DNA of 64,000 nt from Heteronotia binoei. Taxonomy: Eukaryota. The notes under the pieces are model-generated. The model was not told where the DNA came from, made no database searches, and saw only the letters and a list, made by a program, of their open reading frames with translations. Within the stretch, counting starts at the first letter, position 1, and each line of letters begins with the position of its first letter. The translations under genes were made by a program, and so were the position numbers. The stretch spans positions 47,616,001-47,680,000 of the forward strand of contig NC_083234.1 in the NCBI RefSeq assembly GCF_032191835.1. The letters run 5' to 3'. This document shows positions 1 to 14,149 of this stretch, piece by piece.

Positions 1-3000
1 CAATGCTGATTTCATTTACACTACAGTTGAAATAATAATTAGATTAGACTTATTTATAAGAGACTTCATCCTCAAAAGTTAGCCATCCCTGGTATATAGT
101 AACCATTTTCTTGTAACTCGGGTGAGACTAAGTTGGAGTCCAGTAGCACCTTTAAAACCAACCAAGTTTTATTCAGAATGTAAACTTTTGTATGCATGCA
201 TACTTCATCAAATGACGGAATAGTGTACAGTGAGCAGAGTTACATATAGCTGGTGGGCAGTGGTTAAGCATGCAAAATGGTATGAAGTTATAATCCAATA
301 TTTGTAATACATACAAAGAAATGCTGACAAGCATGTCATTAAGTTATGACCCTCATCATTGGGCTATAGCCCTTTCACATAAGCAAAAAAATCCCATGAG
401 CAAAAAAAGTCAAGTCACCAGTAACATACCCAGTGGCACTTTAAAGATGAACAAAATTTAGTTTGGTATAAGCTTCATCCTGGATAGCCCATACTAGCTC
501 CTATCCTATCAGATCTCAGAAGCTAAGCCAGGTTGGCCTTGGTTAGTATTTGGATGGGACACCATCCCCCTCCCCCAATTTTTTTTTAGCTTCATCAGTG
601 CCAACTTGGTAAAATCCCCCAAACAAATCCATGTACTATCAACTTTTGACCTCCAGCTTTGTTTCATGGAACGCCTCTTTGTTAACCAAATGGAAACCCT
701 TGATTCAAGGATAGGTTTTACTCTTGTCCTTGAAATATCTTTTTGCTTTGTTTCATTTCACAGACTAAGCCTCCAATAAACACCACTGCAGGCTAAGTAA
801 ATGGTCCTTTAGCAACTCTAGTTAGATCTGCTTACTTGGTGGAGAGAAGGTAATACTGAAAAACATCCTGAGGGGCTGATCTTTCCCTGTGCATTCCAGC
901 ACACAATTCATAGATTATTATTCCTCTAATAGTAATAGTCCACCACTGCTGCAAGAGTAGGAAAATTAACCATTGAGGATAATACTGTAAATAAAAAAGT
1001 CACCAGGGTTTGAGGGTAATTCCTAATCTACTCCTCATACATTTCCAGTCAGTCCTGAGCTAATAAATGAGGTCATCAGTTTAGAAGTAGAAAAGGACTC
1101 CAATAGAAATTCTGTGTTTTGTTTTGCTAATCTGTTATATTGTTTTACAGATTTTGTAAGCCTCCTTGAAGGCCAAACATGGTCAGACAGTAGGATGCAA
1201 ATGTTCACCTGAATAAAGGCTATGCAGCTGTTTGCACCACCACCTCGGAACATGCAAATCTGAATCCTCACACTGCATATACTGAGGGTAGGAGTTCATA
1301 CTGAACTTCTGGTTTTCTTCACAATGTTCCTAGCCTTTGGGAGTCCCCCTGAATTTCCAGTTTTAAGTGAGTGATCAAGGCACAAACTAGATAAGCTCTA
1401 AACACCCCTGGGAGGCAATGCCATTGGTTCTTACAGAGCAAGGGGAACCAATTATTTGTCATTCAAGGCGAATCCATGAAAATGATACTCATTCCCCTGT
1501 CCCCTTCATTTCTAGACAGGACTGCATAGTCAATGAAAAAGTCACACACTTGCGTAAGAACTGTAGCATGTGGGTGGAACAAATGAAAAAACTATGAAAC
1601 TCAAATGTGCTACTTAGTCCTACATTAAGAGACATAAGTGATTGCACAAAGAATCCCAAAGAACTTTTTTATGAAATCTTTTTTAAATGGTCACCAGAGT
1701 CTGAAAATGTTGCCTATTTTTTTTTTTAAAAATGGTCATCATCAGAGACTGAAAATGTTGCCTATATCCAAGAATCTTCCACAGCGTCTAATTATAACTT
1801 CTACATTAGCTTCTTGCCTCAGAAATTATGCACCTCATCATCCATGACAAAAAACAAGCCTTTTGAACAGATCAAGGTTATGTTAAAGGATTATCTTTGA
1901 AAACCAGAGGGATTATAATGCCAGTTCAAACTGAAGGAATAAAAAGCGAACAATGTGTGACTCACTTTTCAAAAGCATGGATATTAATAAAATAACACTG
2001 CTAGGTATCAACTGTATCATTCAGCTTTTACAAAATACATTTGATCTACAAGTTGGCTACATCATCTTCATGCTCCTATCCAAGAGAGATCTACACCCTT
2101 AATTCCTAGTCCTTAAAACATAAACCAAAATATATTTACTGAATACAGTTGAAAATGTTTGGGTAGGATAACAGTGTTTCTCAGAAAATTACACAAAAAC
2201 TCACATCTATCACAAATCAAGAAGGGAATCAGACAAGGAAAGCAGTCTAGCTCTTCCTGACCACAGTTGAATTAACCTAAATTTACAAGTCTTACACACC
2301 CATTTTGTTCCAAAGAAAAGCCGATGAGAAAGAGAGAGAAAGAGGTTATATCCACCAACATGTTAAAAAAAAGCATCCCTTTTTTAATCAGACAGAAGGT
2401 TCACATTGGGACTAACTCATTTCAATCCCTTTATCCTTTCCAACAGTTAATTTGAAAGCAACATCTCTGCAGTAATTAGCTAGATGCTTGCTCTTATATC
2501 ACACAGGGAAAGGCTAGGATGCTATTATTAAATATAAAAACAACAAGGGAGCAAAATGAGCCTAATATCTGCTAGAATGCTAACAAATCAATATAATGTA
2601 TGCACAGAAATATCTGCCAGGAAAGGGAAGAGAGAGGAAGCAAAATAAAAATAAAAGCAAACCATCTACCATAGGACAAAAGGTTTATGGGTTAGATGCT
2701 GTGTGTAGTTAACACTGTAGGTTAATATAAAATAAAACAGAAATGCTCCAGTAACCCTCAGCAGAGGAGGCACACTGGTAAAAGTACAAAACAAGAATTA
2801 TAATCAGTGGGGGAGGTGGGGAAAAGAACCAGAGCCTGCTTTTTATCAGAGGGAAAAATGTGATGGGGCAGTGGGTAGTGCCAGAAATGATATAATTTGG
2901 CATGAGTCGCTCTGGCATTTTCTGGCGACAGCAGGAGAGGATGCCATGATAGCCATGGCTTGGAGGAGAGAGATGGGGGGAGGGGGGATAATAAGCATCC

Positions 3001-3439
3001 TTAGATACACCGTGAACGGTAATTTCAAGAGGGGTGGGACAGCTGTGCATGCCATATTGGTGCATGAAGTTTAGCAGCACACCAGGAGAGGGGGGGGGGC
3101 TTTTTTTTCTTAAGGAGGCTTTTATTACCTACTATTGTCTAAAAGGCTAATAGTACTGATCCAGGTGAGGACCGAGAGATGTACGTTCTCATGGTGGTGA
3201 GGGTAAGGAGGCGGACATTTCCCCGGATAGCAAGAGATAAAACAGAAAAGGCCAGCGGAAGGGGGGGGGGGTGTTTCCAATACACAGGGCAGATATAAAA
3301 TAGCGGTGGGGGGAGGTCAACATTAAAGCCATGGGCAACATTCTAAGACAAAGCAATGTTCAATAGATGGAGAACGTCTACAAGGGAATGAAATATGAGC
3401 GAGGGGAGCAAGGAGGGCACCTTGTTCTAGAAAATGACG

Positions 3440-4450
3440 TGTTTCGATATTCCGGGGTTCCTAGGTACTTAAGGCCAGGGTGATGCTCGGAGGACAGGGA
3501 AGGGAGGCTGGCCACGGGGATGCCTCCCTTCTCCCTGCAGGTGAGCAGTGGGCGCTAATAAGAGCAGAGGGAAGGGGGAGTCTCCGCCACTTGCCCTTCT
3601 CCTCCCACAGCTCTCCTTCCCTGCCCGCCGTCTCTCTCACCTGCCATGGCTGGAAGCGGCTGGAAATGGCGGCGGAGGGAGGCAGGCCCGTCGTCGGACT
3701 GGAGTTGCGCTCCCTCAAACGGCAGTGGCGGAGAGTGAGGCGATGCGAGAGCTCAGCCGAGCAGTTCTGGCAGCCGCGGCGTGGAGGGAAGACTGAGGCA
3801 ATGCTGAGGGGGCGGGGGGAGCCCGGCCAAGCACCGCCCCTCGCAAGATGGCGCGCGCCATGGGCCCTCAGCTCACACGGGAAGCGCTCGGCCGGGGCTC
3901 CGCTTTGTGATGGTGACATGCGGCGGTGGCGTGGTTCTCTCGCCTCATTGCCTCCCATACCTCGGGCTGCAACGGGCGCTGCAAAAGGGGAATGCGACGC
4001 CGCCAGCAGGCTCGACTTTTGTGCGCCTGAGGGTTGCTTTAAAAAAAAAAATCTCCGCTAAATGGGTAAATTCTCAGGTCAGCCGAGGTGATGGCGGCGG
4101 TTTAAACTTTGCCTCCGTTGACACTAAGACATGAGTCGAGGCCTGTTATTTTTCGTTCGCGGCGCGGCTGAAAAGATGTCCGCGTGATCGTAGGCAGCCA
4201 GAAGATCAGCAGGCGAGAAGGCAAGCACACGATCCCACGTGGGGAGCGTCGCCGGTTGTATTTCTGCTTGTTAAGAGGCGACCGGGGGGGGGGGGGTGGC
4301 TAAGAGGCACCCCAAAAGAAAAGAATCTTGTCTGCTGTGAGACGAACTACAGTTGGTATTTAAATATAGTGCAAAGTATCTGGAAGTCACGTCGTTTTGT
4401 ATTTAAATATAGTGCAAAGTATCTGGAAGTCACGTCGTCAGGGGATTTTT
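3440..4450 (-). promoter_or_regulatory. CpG island / first exon of a minus-strand gene (SLC23A2 by synteny, unconfirmed)
   Basis: High CpG; YY1-type AAGATGGCG ~3845; E-box CCCACGTGGG ~4235; minus-strand donor CAG|GTGAGA with exon end at 3641. Identity rests only on known SLC23A2-TMEM230-PCNA-CDS2 gene order. Confidence 0.6.
4356..4438 (+). repeat. Perfect 40-bp tandem duplication
   Basis: gtatttaaatatagtgcaaagtatctggaagtcacgtcgt at 4356-4395 and 4399-4438. Confidence 0.95.
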
Positions 4451-4904
4451 TTTGTCCATAGATTCTTATGGCAGCTCATCTGCCATAGCCATCCTCAGAT
4501 ATAAGATGCAAGTATCTGTAACAACTGAGGAGCAATGTGCAGGGTTGGGTTCACAGGTGATTACAGACCCAACATGCATGTTCCTATACAGGGTTCGGGT
4601 GAAGAAACACCTGCCAGAATTCTTCAAGCTACACCTGTCACAGTTTCCTCTTCTACACAACCTCCTATAGGACTCCCAGCCTACGTTGCATTTATTCAAG
4701 ATACAGTACACAAATAATATTAGCCCCCCCCCTTTTTTTAAAAAAAAAGCCTTCACAAAAATCTTGAATAGCCAGAAAATTACAGCAGGCTACTCCGAGG
4801 GTTTTTAAAATAACTTCTATATAAGTATCTAGTTGAGAAATAATAGCTAGGACAAATAAACAGTGAAGTCCCACAAGGATAGTTGGGACTGATATTATCT
4901 AATT

Positions 4905-5830
4905 TGGGGGTGAACAACATTCTTAAGAATGGTGAAAACCAAGGCCAACTGTGGTTAGTGGGCAGCAATATGGCAAATGAAGTTGTAAACTGATATATGT
5001 TGGAATAAGAAATCCCAACTACAGATGCTTGTTAAGGGGGTCCAAACATGCTGAGGCTGAGCAGGAAAGAGACCTTGGGGTCACAGTGGATAACTCAATG
5101 AAAGTGTCAAGACAGTGTGCTCCAGCAGTGAAAAAGACAAATTCCGTCCTTGGGATTTTTAGGAAAAGGATTGAAAATGGCCAATATTATAATGCCCATG
5201 TAAAGATCGATGGTGCTGCCTCATTTGGAATATTGTGTTCAGCTCTGATCACCATATCTCAAAAAGAACATTGTGAGATTAGAAAAAGTAGATGAGAAGG
5301 CAACCAAAATTGTTAGGGGATTGAAGCACCCTTCCTTTGAGGAAAGTCTGAAAAGTCTGGGTTTTTTCATTTAGAAAAAAAACAACTAAGTGGGGACATG
5401 ACAGAGATTTATAAAATTATACATGGGGAAACAGTAGGCACAGAGAAGTTTTCTTTCTTTCTCAAAATACTAGAACTCTGGACATCCAATGAAGTTGATG
5501 GGCTGTAAATTCAAGACAGACAAAAAGAAATTCTATACACAACAAGCAATTAAAATGTGGAGTTTCCTTTTAGTTACCATGCCTAGTAGCTAAACTCCAT
5601 GAATGTGTGCAAACTCTTTTTAAAGTTGTCAATGCCTGTGGCCATTGCTCCATACTCTGGCAATGAATTCCACATGAAGAGGCAGCAAATTTCTGAGTAC
5701 TGGTGCCAGAAGGAAGCAACAGGGGAAGGGCTTGGCTGGCCAGAGGAACTGGTTGGCCCCTGTGTGAGACAGGATGCTGGAGATGGATCTCTGGCTTGAT
5801 CCAGCAGGGTTCTTCTTTATGTTATGACAG
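4905..5830 (+). mobile_element. CR1 LINE 3' fragment
   Basis: EQERDLGVTVDNSMKVSRQCAPAVKKTNSVLG (CR1 RT C-terminus) through ...gggttcttctttatgttatg tail. Confidence 0.85.
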
Positions 5831-6049
5831 TTTCTGAGCATTTCAGGTGACTACAGAAAACGTTTTAGTGTAGGATCAGGACCGGCTCTACATGTTGTTT
5901 GAGGGGGGGAACAAAATTAAAAAATGACTCCTCCTTATAAGCCATTTTGTCTTATGGTCCCATAGAATACAATGGACTCCATACCCAATTTGGCACCTCC
6001 CCTCAGTCAACGCCCAGGGCAAGCACCCCCCTGTGCCCCCACCCTAGAT

Positions 6050-6780
6050 CCAGCTCTGTGTAGTATTGCACACTAAGCAAGTGAGAATTTGTCCTTTTTA
6101 GGGCAATTCAATCCCAAATACTGGAAGTGTGCCTTCAAGTTGCACAAGAGAATGAAAAGCCCATGATAACCTAGGATTTGGCCCTTCCCACTTTAGCAGT
6201 ACTATCAAGAATTCCAGTTCAGTATTAACCTTTCCCTCTAGGCCACACACAGCATTGTTCTTGAATTCCAAGATAAATTTGACTGACCAGCCAAAAAGGT
6301 TTGGAAAACTCCTTGTCTGAGTGCCCTTTAGCAAATGTCTTAATCAGTAGGTATCCCCTGATTAAGCCACAGCCTCCCCCATTCTGGTGGTTGAACCGGG
6401 AGGCACTTTTTTGGTTTTTTGTGAATGTAACAGAAGGGTTTTTGAATAAACATGCCCAATAATAAAGTGTTATGAAACTGACTGATGGATGTAACTATAA
6501 GAGGAATCCCAAAATGTGTGTCCTGATTATATCTGGAAACCATGCTGGACTTCTTTGACATATTCTGGAGGACTTCTTTGATATATCATGGACTGTGGAT
6601 CTTGTTGATATTTTTGTAATTGAAATGGACTGCTTAGAGTATTGATTGTTGTGTGGTTTTCCCCTTATGTTACAAGTATTATGAATGAGATATTCTATTG
6701 TATAGGTGTGTTATTTCACTAATTTATAATATAAAATTACACATACTTTTCTCATAAAATATTTGAATCTTTATTAAGAT
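6050..6780 (+). mobile_element. Old L1/Tx1-like ORF2 C-terminal remnant
   Basis: Degenerate GFG(L)PxLxxYY-like motif at ~6175-6205; otherwise heavily mutated. Confidence 0.4.
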
Positions 6781-9700
6781 TTTGAAAGATCGTTGTAATT
6801 AGATACTGGATGACTCTTACAGTGTGTCTAAGAACTGGGAGGCATGGCAGCCATGATAGCTCACATTCATGAACTGTATGTCATCATCCTGCAGCAACAT
6901 ATCCAAAGTCCTCTTTATCACACAAGGTAGAAGTGGCAGAAAATGGACTGGAGAAGCTGGGGTGCCTTCTCTTCCAATTCAGCCAGAGTAAAGGTAAAAG
7001 TTTAATTTCTGAGTGAGCTGCCACTTATCAATGCTATCCTGAAGATTTGGAGTTCACAATGGAATATGAGGTCCATATTCTTCATAGTAATTTGAGCCAT
7101 GAAGGTTACAGTCTTAAACCTACTAGCTGTGAATTAACCCCATCCGGAGGGATTGCTTCCGAGTAAATATCCATAGGATTGGGACTGTCTCTAACAGTGC
7201 TATCCTAACAGAGTTACACCCTTCTAAACCTATTGATTTCAATGACTTCAGCTCTCTTTCTCACTGATAATCTGTCCTTTGATGTTTGTTCTCTTATCTG
7301 CATTTAGTATGGTGCCTTGTTATTTGCATATATTGAATTAGAGGCTGATTCATCCCCACTCAGGAAAAGTACACCCGATATAATCTGAAGTAGGGGTCAT
7401 GTTGTAGAAAAACAGGTGGTGGAGCTCATTCAGGGATTGTTACGCAGCTACACCTACTATTCAGTGGAGAAGGTAGGTAGGTGGAGAGGAAGAAGGGGAA
7501 CCCTCAGAAAGGTTCAGGAACTGCACTCCTGTGAGCTCCTGCTGAATTCAAGACCTGATCTGAAGCATAGTTCAAGTGTTGTTTCCCATGTAAGTGCATA
7601 CATTTGGCACTTCAGAACTGCCATTTGTATTGGCTGCTCAGTAAGCACTACATTTCAAACAATACTAATTTTAATATTTAGACATGGTCTCTGCAAAGGA
7701 ATTGTAATATCTGAAGTGCCCTTAAAGGGTGGGGAAAAGAAGAAATGCTCTTGGTCAGCGACACACATCTCTGACTACTACATCATTCAGCTCTGACCTT
7801 CAGTTGATCTTTCAGCCACTGCTAAAGACTTGCTGTTGGCAGAGAATTCAGTTCTATACTATTACTTATTATAACTTAATAAGAGCATGCCATAAGAATC
7901 AGACTACAAGAAGTGCATACATCAATGCAGAAACTTGCAGAAGACACAACTCTCTCAGGAGACACTGAGCTGCTTGAAGATGTCACACCAAAGCACCCCT
8001 CCGTGTTTGAGAAATGACTATATAAACCCAATGAAAACAAAAAAGGACTACAGGTTCGACATTTTGTAGCAGAAATGATCCTATTAACTTACAAAGGATC
8101 CTGCTCTTCTGCCATAATAATTTGGTAGGATGTTACAGTTGCTAGCTTTGTGATGGAGCCTGGAAATCTCCCACTTTTAACTGATACCCTGCTGGCAGAG
8201 ATCAGCTCCCCTGGAGAAAATGGCTGTTTTGAAGGGCGGGCTCCCCAAATCCCACCCTCTCCTGGATCCACCTCCAAAGTCTCCAGGTATTTTCCAACCC
8301 AGACCTGGCAACCCTATAGGATGTTCCACTGAGGTCAATAGGATTTACTTCTAAATTAAGGGTACATGATAGTAGCTGATGATGATTACTGCACTGGGCT
8401 GTTGGGTCTGCTTTACTATGCACCACAGTGCTAAAAGAACAGTAAAATATAGTTGACCAATCAAAGTTGACATGTAGATTCAGGAAAATGTTAATTTCAT
8501 ACTATCCCAGATGCAGGGTATCTACAGCTACCCATGTAACCCCCATGAAAATGTTACACACACACACACACATTACTGTCCATAACTGTAACTTGTATGT
8601 GAATGTAAGATGACCCCACACACCTTTGATGACATGTTTGGGAAAAATGAGTAAATACTGTATTTGAATTCAACTAACAGTGTGGAGAAAATACGAGGAA
8701 TAATCTTTGTTACCAATATGGCTAGTAACCAGAGAACTACTTTAGGTGCACCTCAGGGTTGGTAAGCACTGTCTAGGTAGGATTTTTTACTCCCCCCCAC
8801 CCCCCTTTTTAACATTATAAACTGTTGTTTAAATTCCCCTGTTTAAAAAACAGTTCAGTTTGCAGCATAATAGGCACATGGGTTGTCATTTAACAAATAT
8901 AAATCCAGCACCATTTGATTATAAAGAACTAGCTGTATGATTCTTTAAAGTCTAGCCTCTATATCCTAGAACACAGAGAGATAAATTGGGAGGAGGGGGA
9001 GGTATAATTTATCATCCAGCTGTTTGGAAAGCTGGTCCATTAGTAATAGTCATAATGTCAGGGACCACTATCCTACAGACTAGAAAAGAGTAAGAGTCAT
9101 AGCTAGAAATTTTTAAATCGGGGGCAGTGAAATTTTTCAGGGATCACTTAGCCGCTCCCCCCCCCCAGCTCAGGAGAGGGTGATGCTTCTACCCTGCCAT
9201 CATCTCTCTAAAATGCAGCACAATTGTGCATGGCCCCGGAATGACTTGGCCACCTGCCTACCTGTCTCTGCCACCACTACCCCTTCCAATGACCTCAGTT
9301 AAAAAGGCAGCACTGGGCAAACCTTCCTTTCCGGCCCTGTGGGGTGGAGGAGAGTCTCGCTGTGTCTGCTGGGTGGACAGAAAAAGGGGGTGTGCCTTGG
9401 AAGCCAGCCAGGGACCATATACAACCCCAGGAGTATCCAACCACTGCCAGCACCACTACTGCCTGATGCAACTGCCTCCCCAAAGCACTAGCTCAAATCT
9501 CTCTGGGTACTCGCCATCTCCCTCTCCCCTCCCCTAAAAGCAGACTGATCCAATTCCAAGGGGGCAGGCTGGCTTGCACTGGCTGGCTCCCCCATGCACC
9601 TGGCAAGGGCACCCAAACTGAACTGGATGGAGCAGGAGAAGAAGCAGCACCACCTGAGAACCCCCCAGCCTCTTCTTCCCCGGAACCCCTGCAGCTTTCC

Positions 9701-9961
9701 CTCCCTGCCTCCACTGCCACTTGAAGGCCAACCCTCCCCCCCCCCCCCCCCCGCAATTCAAATTGCTCAGGAGAGATAGCCGCTGGCCTCTCCGTGCAGT
9801 TTAAAGACCCCACCCATCAGCTAGTAATGGCATGGGGAGGCTGGTGGCTGCTTCGGGAGGCTGCAGTAGCAGCAGAGATGGAAGGCTACAGGCTGGGGGC
9901 CCTAAATTGGGAGAGGGGTGCCAGGAAGTAGGGGGCAAGCCCCCCCCCCCCCGCAGCCTGG

Positions 9962-10215
9962 TCCCAGCAGTACCTTAAAGACTAACAAGATTTGTAGTAG
10001 GGTATGCCTGCTCACTGCTCACTTCTTCAGATACAGCTAGAATGTGAGTCCATCTGACCTATATACTGAAAAGTGGAGTGATTTCAGATGCCAAATGATA
10101 TTAGCAGGCAAATGACAATAGAAGGTATAGTTGGATTTGATTAGGTGCAATATACTCTTTTTTTTCTACTGCTACAGGCCAACTAATACAGCTACCCATC
10201 TTGATCTATCCTTCG
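9962..10215. mobile_element. Penelope-derived relic of a second family (also ~128-230, 434-478, 44677-44825, 52135-52210)
   Basis: Shared gagtccagtagcacctt(t)aaagactaacaa block and a decayed CTGAAGAAG...CGAAAG hammerhead signature on the minus strand. Confidence 0.55.
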
Positions 10216-12596
10216 GACTGTTAATTTGATTTTTTAAATATTGCCCAGTGATTTATACCGCCTAGTATAACCTCAGAAAACATCTGTAGTCACCTCACAT
10301 GTAGCTGCTTGTCTGTATTTAAAGAGCCACAATTAAAATGTACTCCAGATGGGTAGTAGCATAACACTGTGCCATGGGATGTTCACTGGTAGTCCACTTG
10401 GTCACCCTGACTTAATATTTCCTTATGTAGACCAGAAGTGAAATATTGCTATCAAGATCAGAACACAGGCAACACAACCCTTAGGGAGAATGGAAGCCTT
10501 CACAGCAGCCAGGGAAAGATAAGATAGCACAAAGGGTAGTTTTGGCTAGTCAGTCTAGACACAACTGGTCAGCTTGAGAGCCAGACATTGCCAGAGATCA
10601 CAGCTCCCTGGCTGTACTCCCCATAGAAAAGGAAGGGAATCGCTCTAGTGGCATAACACAGGAAAAATATACAAAAGAACCTTTATGAGATGTCATATGG
10701 GGGACATTCCTCCTCTCGCGTGTGACGCTGTTAGGCAGTACAGTCCTTAATTGCAGACCCTAAAACTACTTAAACAACACATAGAATACCTGCTCTGAGG
10801 TCTATAATTAGTGATTCACTTATTGTGAAAGACTGGGTTGTTGGGTGTCCATTGGGCATTGGTCAGAGGTTGGGGCCATATACCATGAGGTCATTGGAAG
10901 CAGCTTGTTCCAAAGCTCTGTGCACCCCACACATTTGTCCAAATAACATCAACAAGGAAGTACATTGCATATTGTATCAAATATTGCAGGGTTAAAATGG
11001 AAATACTATAATTCTAGCTAGACAGCACTGGCAATATTCAGTTGGAATTACATACTGACAGAATAAAAGCAATTTCTTCTGGACTCAAGACTGATTTGAT
11101 TACTAGGTGAGAAAATTGGCAGTCAAAAACAAAAAATACTGCTTACCATTTCTACAACATTATGAGAATCTTTCCACTCACTCTGGACTTGATCATCACA
11201 TATTAGACAGCTCAAATCAAATTCATTTAGACTTTCCTGTTATTGTTGTTGCTTGATTTTGTAACACTTGTTCTCTTTTCTTTGTGTGTGCATCTCAACA
11301 GAGGACTATATTAGCATTTGTCTGTTCTAAGGAAAATAATGTTATTTTTCATTATCAAGCACTCCCTGAATATTTCCAGTAAATATCACTACAAATCTTA
11401 CCATTGATTAGCAAATGCCATTGACCCATCAAATGCCATCACATCAGTTAAAACTGGAAATGCAGGCCTATTTTGACCCCATTATTATTAACCAAAACAT
11501 CAGATTATACTGTATACTTACTTCTGAATTCAGCTAATTCGAGTGGTGATAATAAGGAGGTACCGTATATGTGCTTATTTTGTCATTTATAGTAGTATTG
11601 ATCGTTATAGCAAAAATGTTATGCCTTAACAAATACAGTAAAAAAATGTTAAAATGCACACCAGTATTACAGATTTTGTGTTTTATTTTTGATTATCATT
11701 TTGTTGTCAGTCATCCTTTTTTAAAGCCTCTTTTAAATAGCTTAGTTTTACCATATAGAGAAAGAAGTAGACCATATTGCTGAGGATAAATTAGAATGCA
11801 GCTGGATTTATGGATAGATAGAAACAGATGTTTCATTTCTCAATAGATATAAGCAAAGAAATTGATTAGATAAATGAACATAATGATAGGTTTGTTTTGG
11901 AGAGTGTAATGTTTCTATACTTGATTAATTCCTGGAAACTGTTACCTTTGGCCACAATTGTTGGAATAAGCAATAATGGGCTCAGATTTATTCCTTAATC
12001 TCCATGCATTCACTTGGAAGTAAGTGCCATTAATTTAAGTGAAAGTTATTCAAGCAGATCTGCTGAGGAATGCATAACTTGGGAGGAGTATTATTAAAGG
12101 AATGCAAAACCACATCTGTTCTTCTTTCTAAAAACACATCAAGAGGTATTAAAATATTTATATCCCACATATCCTTCATTTCAGGCAGCTAAAAAACTAA
12201 TCAAAACATCAAATCTCCACAATAAAACTGTGAACTTAGAACAAACAGCCATAAAAACAACTTAACAAGAACAACTTGGACTAACAACAGCCAGAGTTTA
12301 TGACAAAAGAACCAATCAAAAGCATCCATTTGGTAAGATTTATGTATATATTTATTTATATCCTGCCATCCCCTGCAAATGAGCAGTTGCAACAGTCATA
12401 TCACAACAATGTCACACACAAAAATACCATAATAACAATGTTAAAACATATTATTTTAAACCAGATTAAAACCAATTCAATTAAGATGGCAGAGCAATCT
12501 GTGGGAGTGCCTCCTGTATGGGTACAATTAGGTGATCAATGGGCATCCAATTGCCTGAGAGTGCTGTGCATCTCTATAGCACAGAGGGACCATTGT

Positions 12597-13110
12597 AGAG
12601 CTGCTAGGTCTAACTCAATAAATATCTGGGGACCTTGGAGGTGGAGCCAGGAGACTTTGGGGATGGAGCCAGGAGCAAAGTTGTGACAAGCATGACTGAA
12701 CTTCGAAGGGAGTTAAAAGCAATCACATTTAAAGGGACCACACACCTTCTAAATGCCTTCCCTTCCCTCCATTTGGAAATTATGAAGGATAGGGGCACCT
12801 TCTTTTGGGGCTCATAGAACTGGACTCACTGGTCCAATCTTTTTTGAAACTTGGGGGGTGTTTTGAGGAGAGGCACTGAATGCTATACTGAAAATCTACC
12901 TTTAAAAAGCAGCCCCCCAGAGCCCCAGATACCCACAGATCAATTCTCCATTATACCCTATGGGAATCGGTCTCCATAGAGTATAATGAAGTGCCTCTGC
13001 CCTCCCCACACACACTTTCTGATGACCCTGAAGCAGGGGGAGGGCCTCCAAACCGGGGAAACCCCTGCCCCCAACTGATGATTTAGCAAACACAAAGGAA
13101 ACCACAGTCA
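12597..13110. mobile_element. Non-autonomous DNA-transposon family (also ~8130-8320, ~45157-45345)
   Basis: Shared blocks such as ggacctgggaggtggagcc / ctccaggtattt and tagggttgcc-type ends. Confidence 0.55.
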
Positions 13111-14149
13111 AGATCAGAAAAAAGCCTGACAAAAAAACCGTGTGTGATAGTGTCTCAATAATTTTACACTCTCTTTACTATTTTCATTCACTCTTATTGT
13201 AAACAGATAAATGAAACATCTCTAATCATAAACACATAAATGAGTCTTTCACATCCAAATGCAGTACTCAAATAAACTGATAGAAGAACGCTGACTCCAG
13301 AGTAGATACTACTCAGACGCAGCTCAAATGATGGAAAGAATACCAGTTCCAATAGCCAACAGTTCTTCTTGCCAAGAATGGAAAATGCCAAAGGACGATG
13401 CTCATTCATAGATAGTTGCATATTTTCATATGTGGCTATGAAATTAGGCTGGCAACATGGAAAACTCCGGCCACCCTACTTGTTGCAGTGCTCACAATTA
13501 TTTACTTCAGGAATAATTTAAGCAACTCCACATGGCAAGGCTCTCCATGGTACATTATGACATTCACTGTGATGCAACTGGATGTTCCAATAATTATACT
13601 AACATAGCACATCTGCAGTTTGTAAAAGAAGAAATCTGTACTATATGGAAGGAAATAAAGCACACGGCTCTGAACTGCTTGGGAAATGGGCAGGATAAAA
13701 ATCCAGAACCAAATTGACAGTAATGAGATGAGAGGGCATTCTGAAAATCCTGAAAATTATAATCAAAATATTTTAAATCGTTACTGTGAAAGGAAAACCA
13801 GAATTGTTGTGGCCTGTATAGTAATAAGCAGGAAAAAATGTAATAATGGACTAAAAACTACATAGGCCACACAACTGTTTAGTCTTTTTTAGCATAGGCA
13901 TTCAAAATTAAGCAGGCCAGGACGGCAAGTATAGCCATCCTGGTGAAGCAAGCCCCAAGTCTGCACCTTGTAAGTCCTGAAGATCTTTAAAAAAAAAAAT
14001 TAAAAATCCAACCTTCCCAGGGACTGAAAACTACAATAAGGATTTGCTAAGGAGGATCATCCTTGGCCAACAAAAAAGGATTTATGACAAAATAAACAAT
14101 GACAAAAGAACCATTAGCTGTGGCATATTGTTGGAACTCTCTATCTGGG

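Noticed and set aside
481-565. Apparent 5S rRNA genes (also ~19810, ~55860)
   Set aside because: Diverged and truncated, lacking intact 5S ends, and two continue into a shared SINE tail.
1035-1271. 78-aa minus-strand ORF as a possible SLC23A2 exon
   Set aside because: No resemblance to SVCT2 and no convincing splice sites; possibly a decayed LINE.
3461-4134. Long ORFs (165 and 193 aa) in the 3.4-4.1 kb region
   Set aside because: GC-rich CpG-island shadows with Arg/Gly/Ala/Pro bias on both strands; no recognisable domain.
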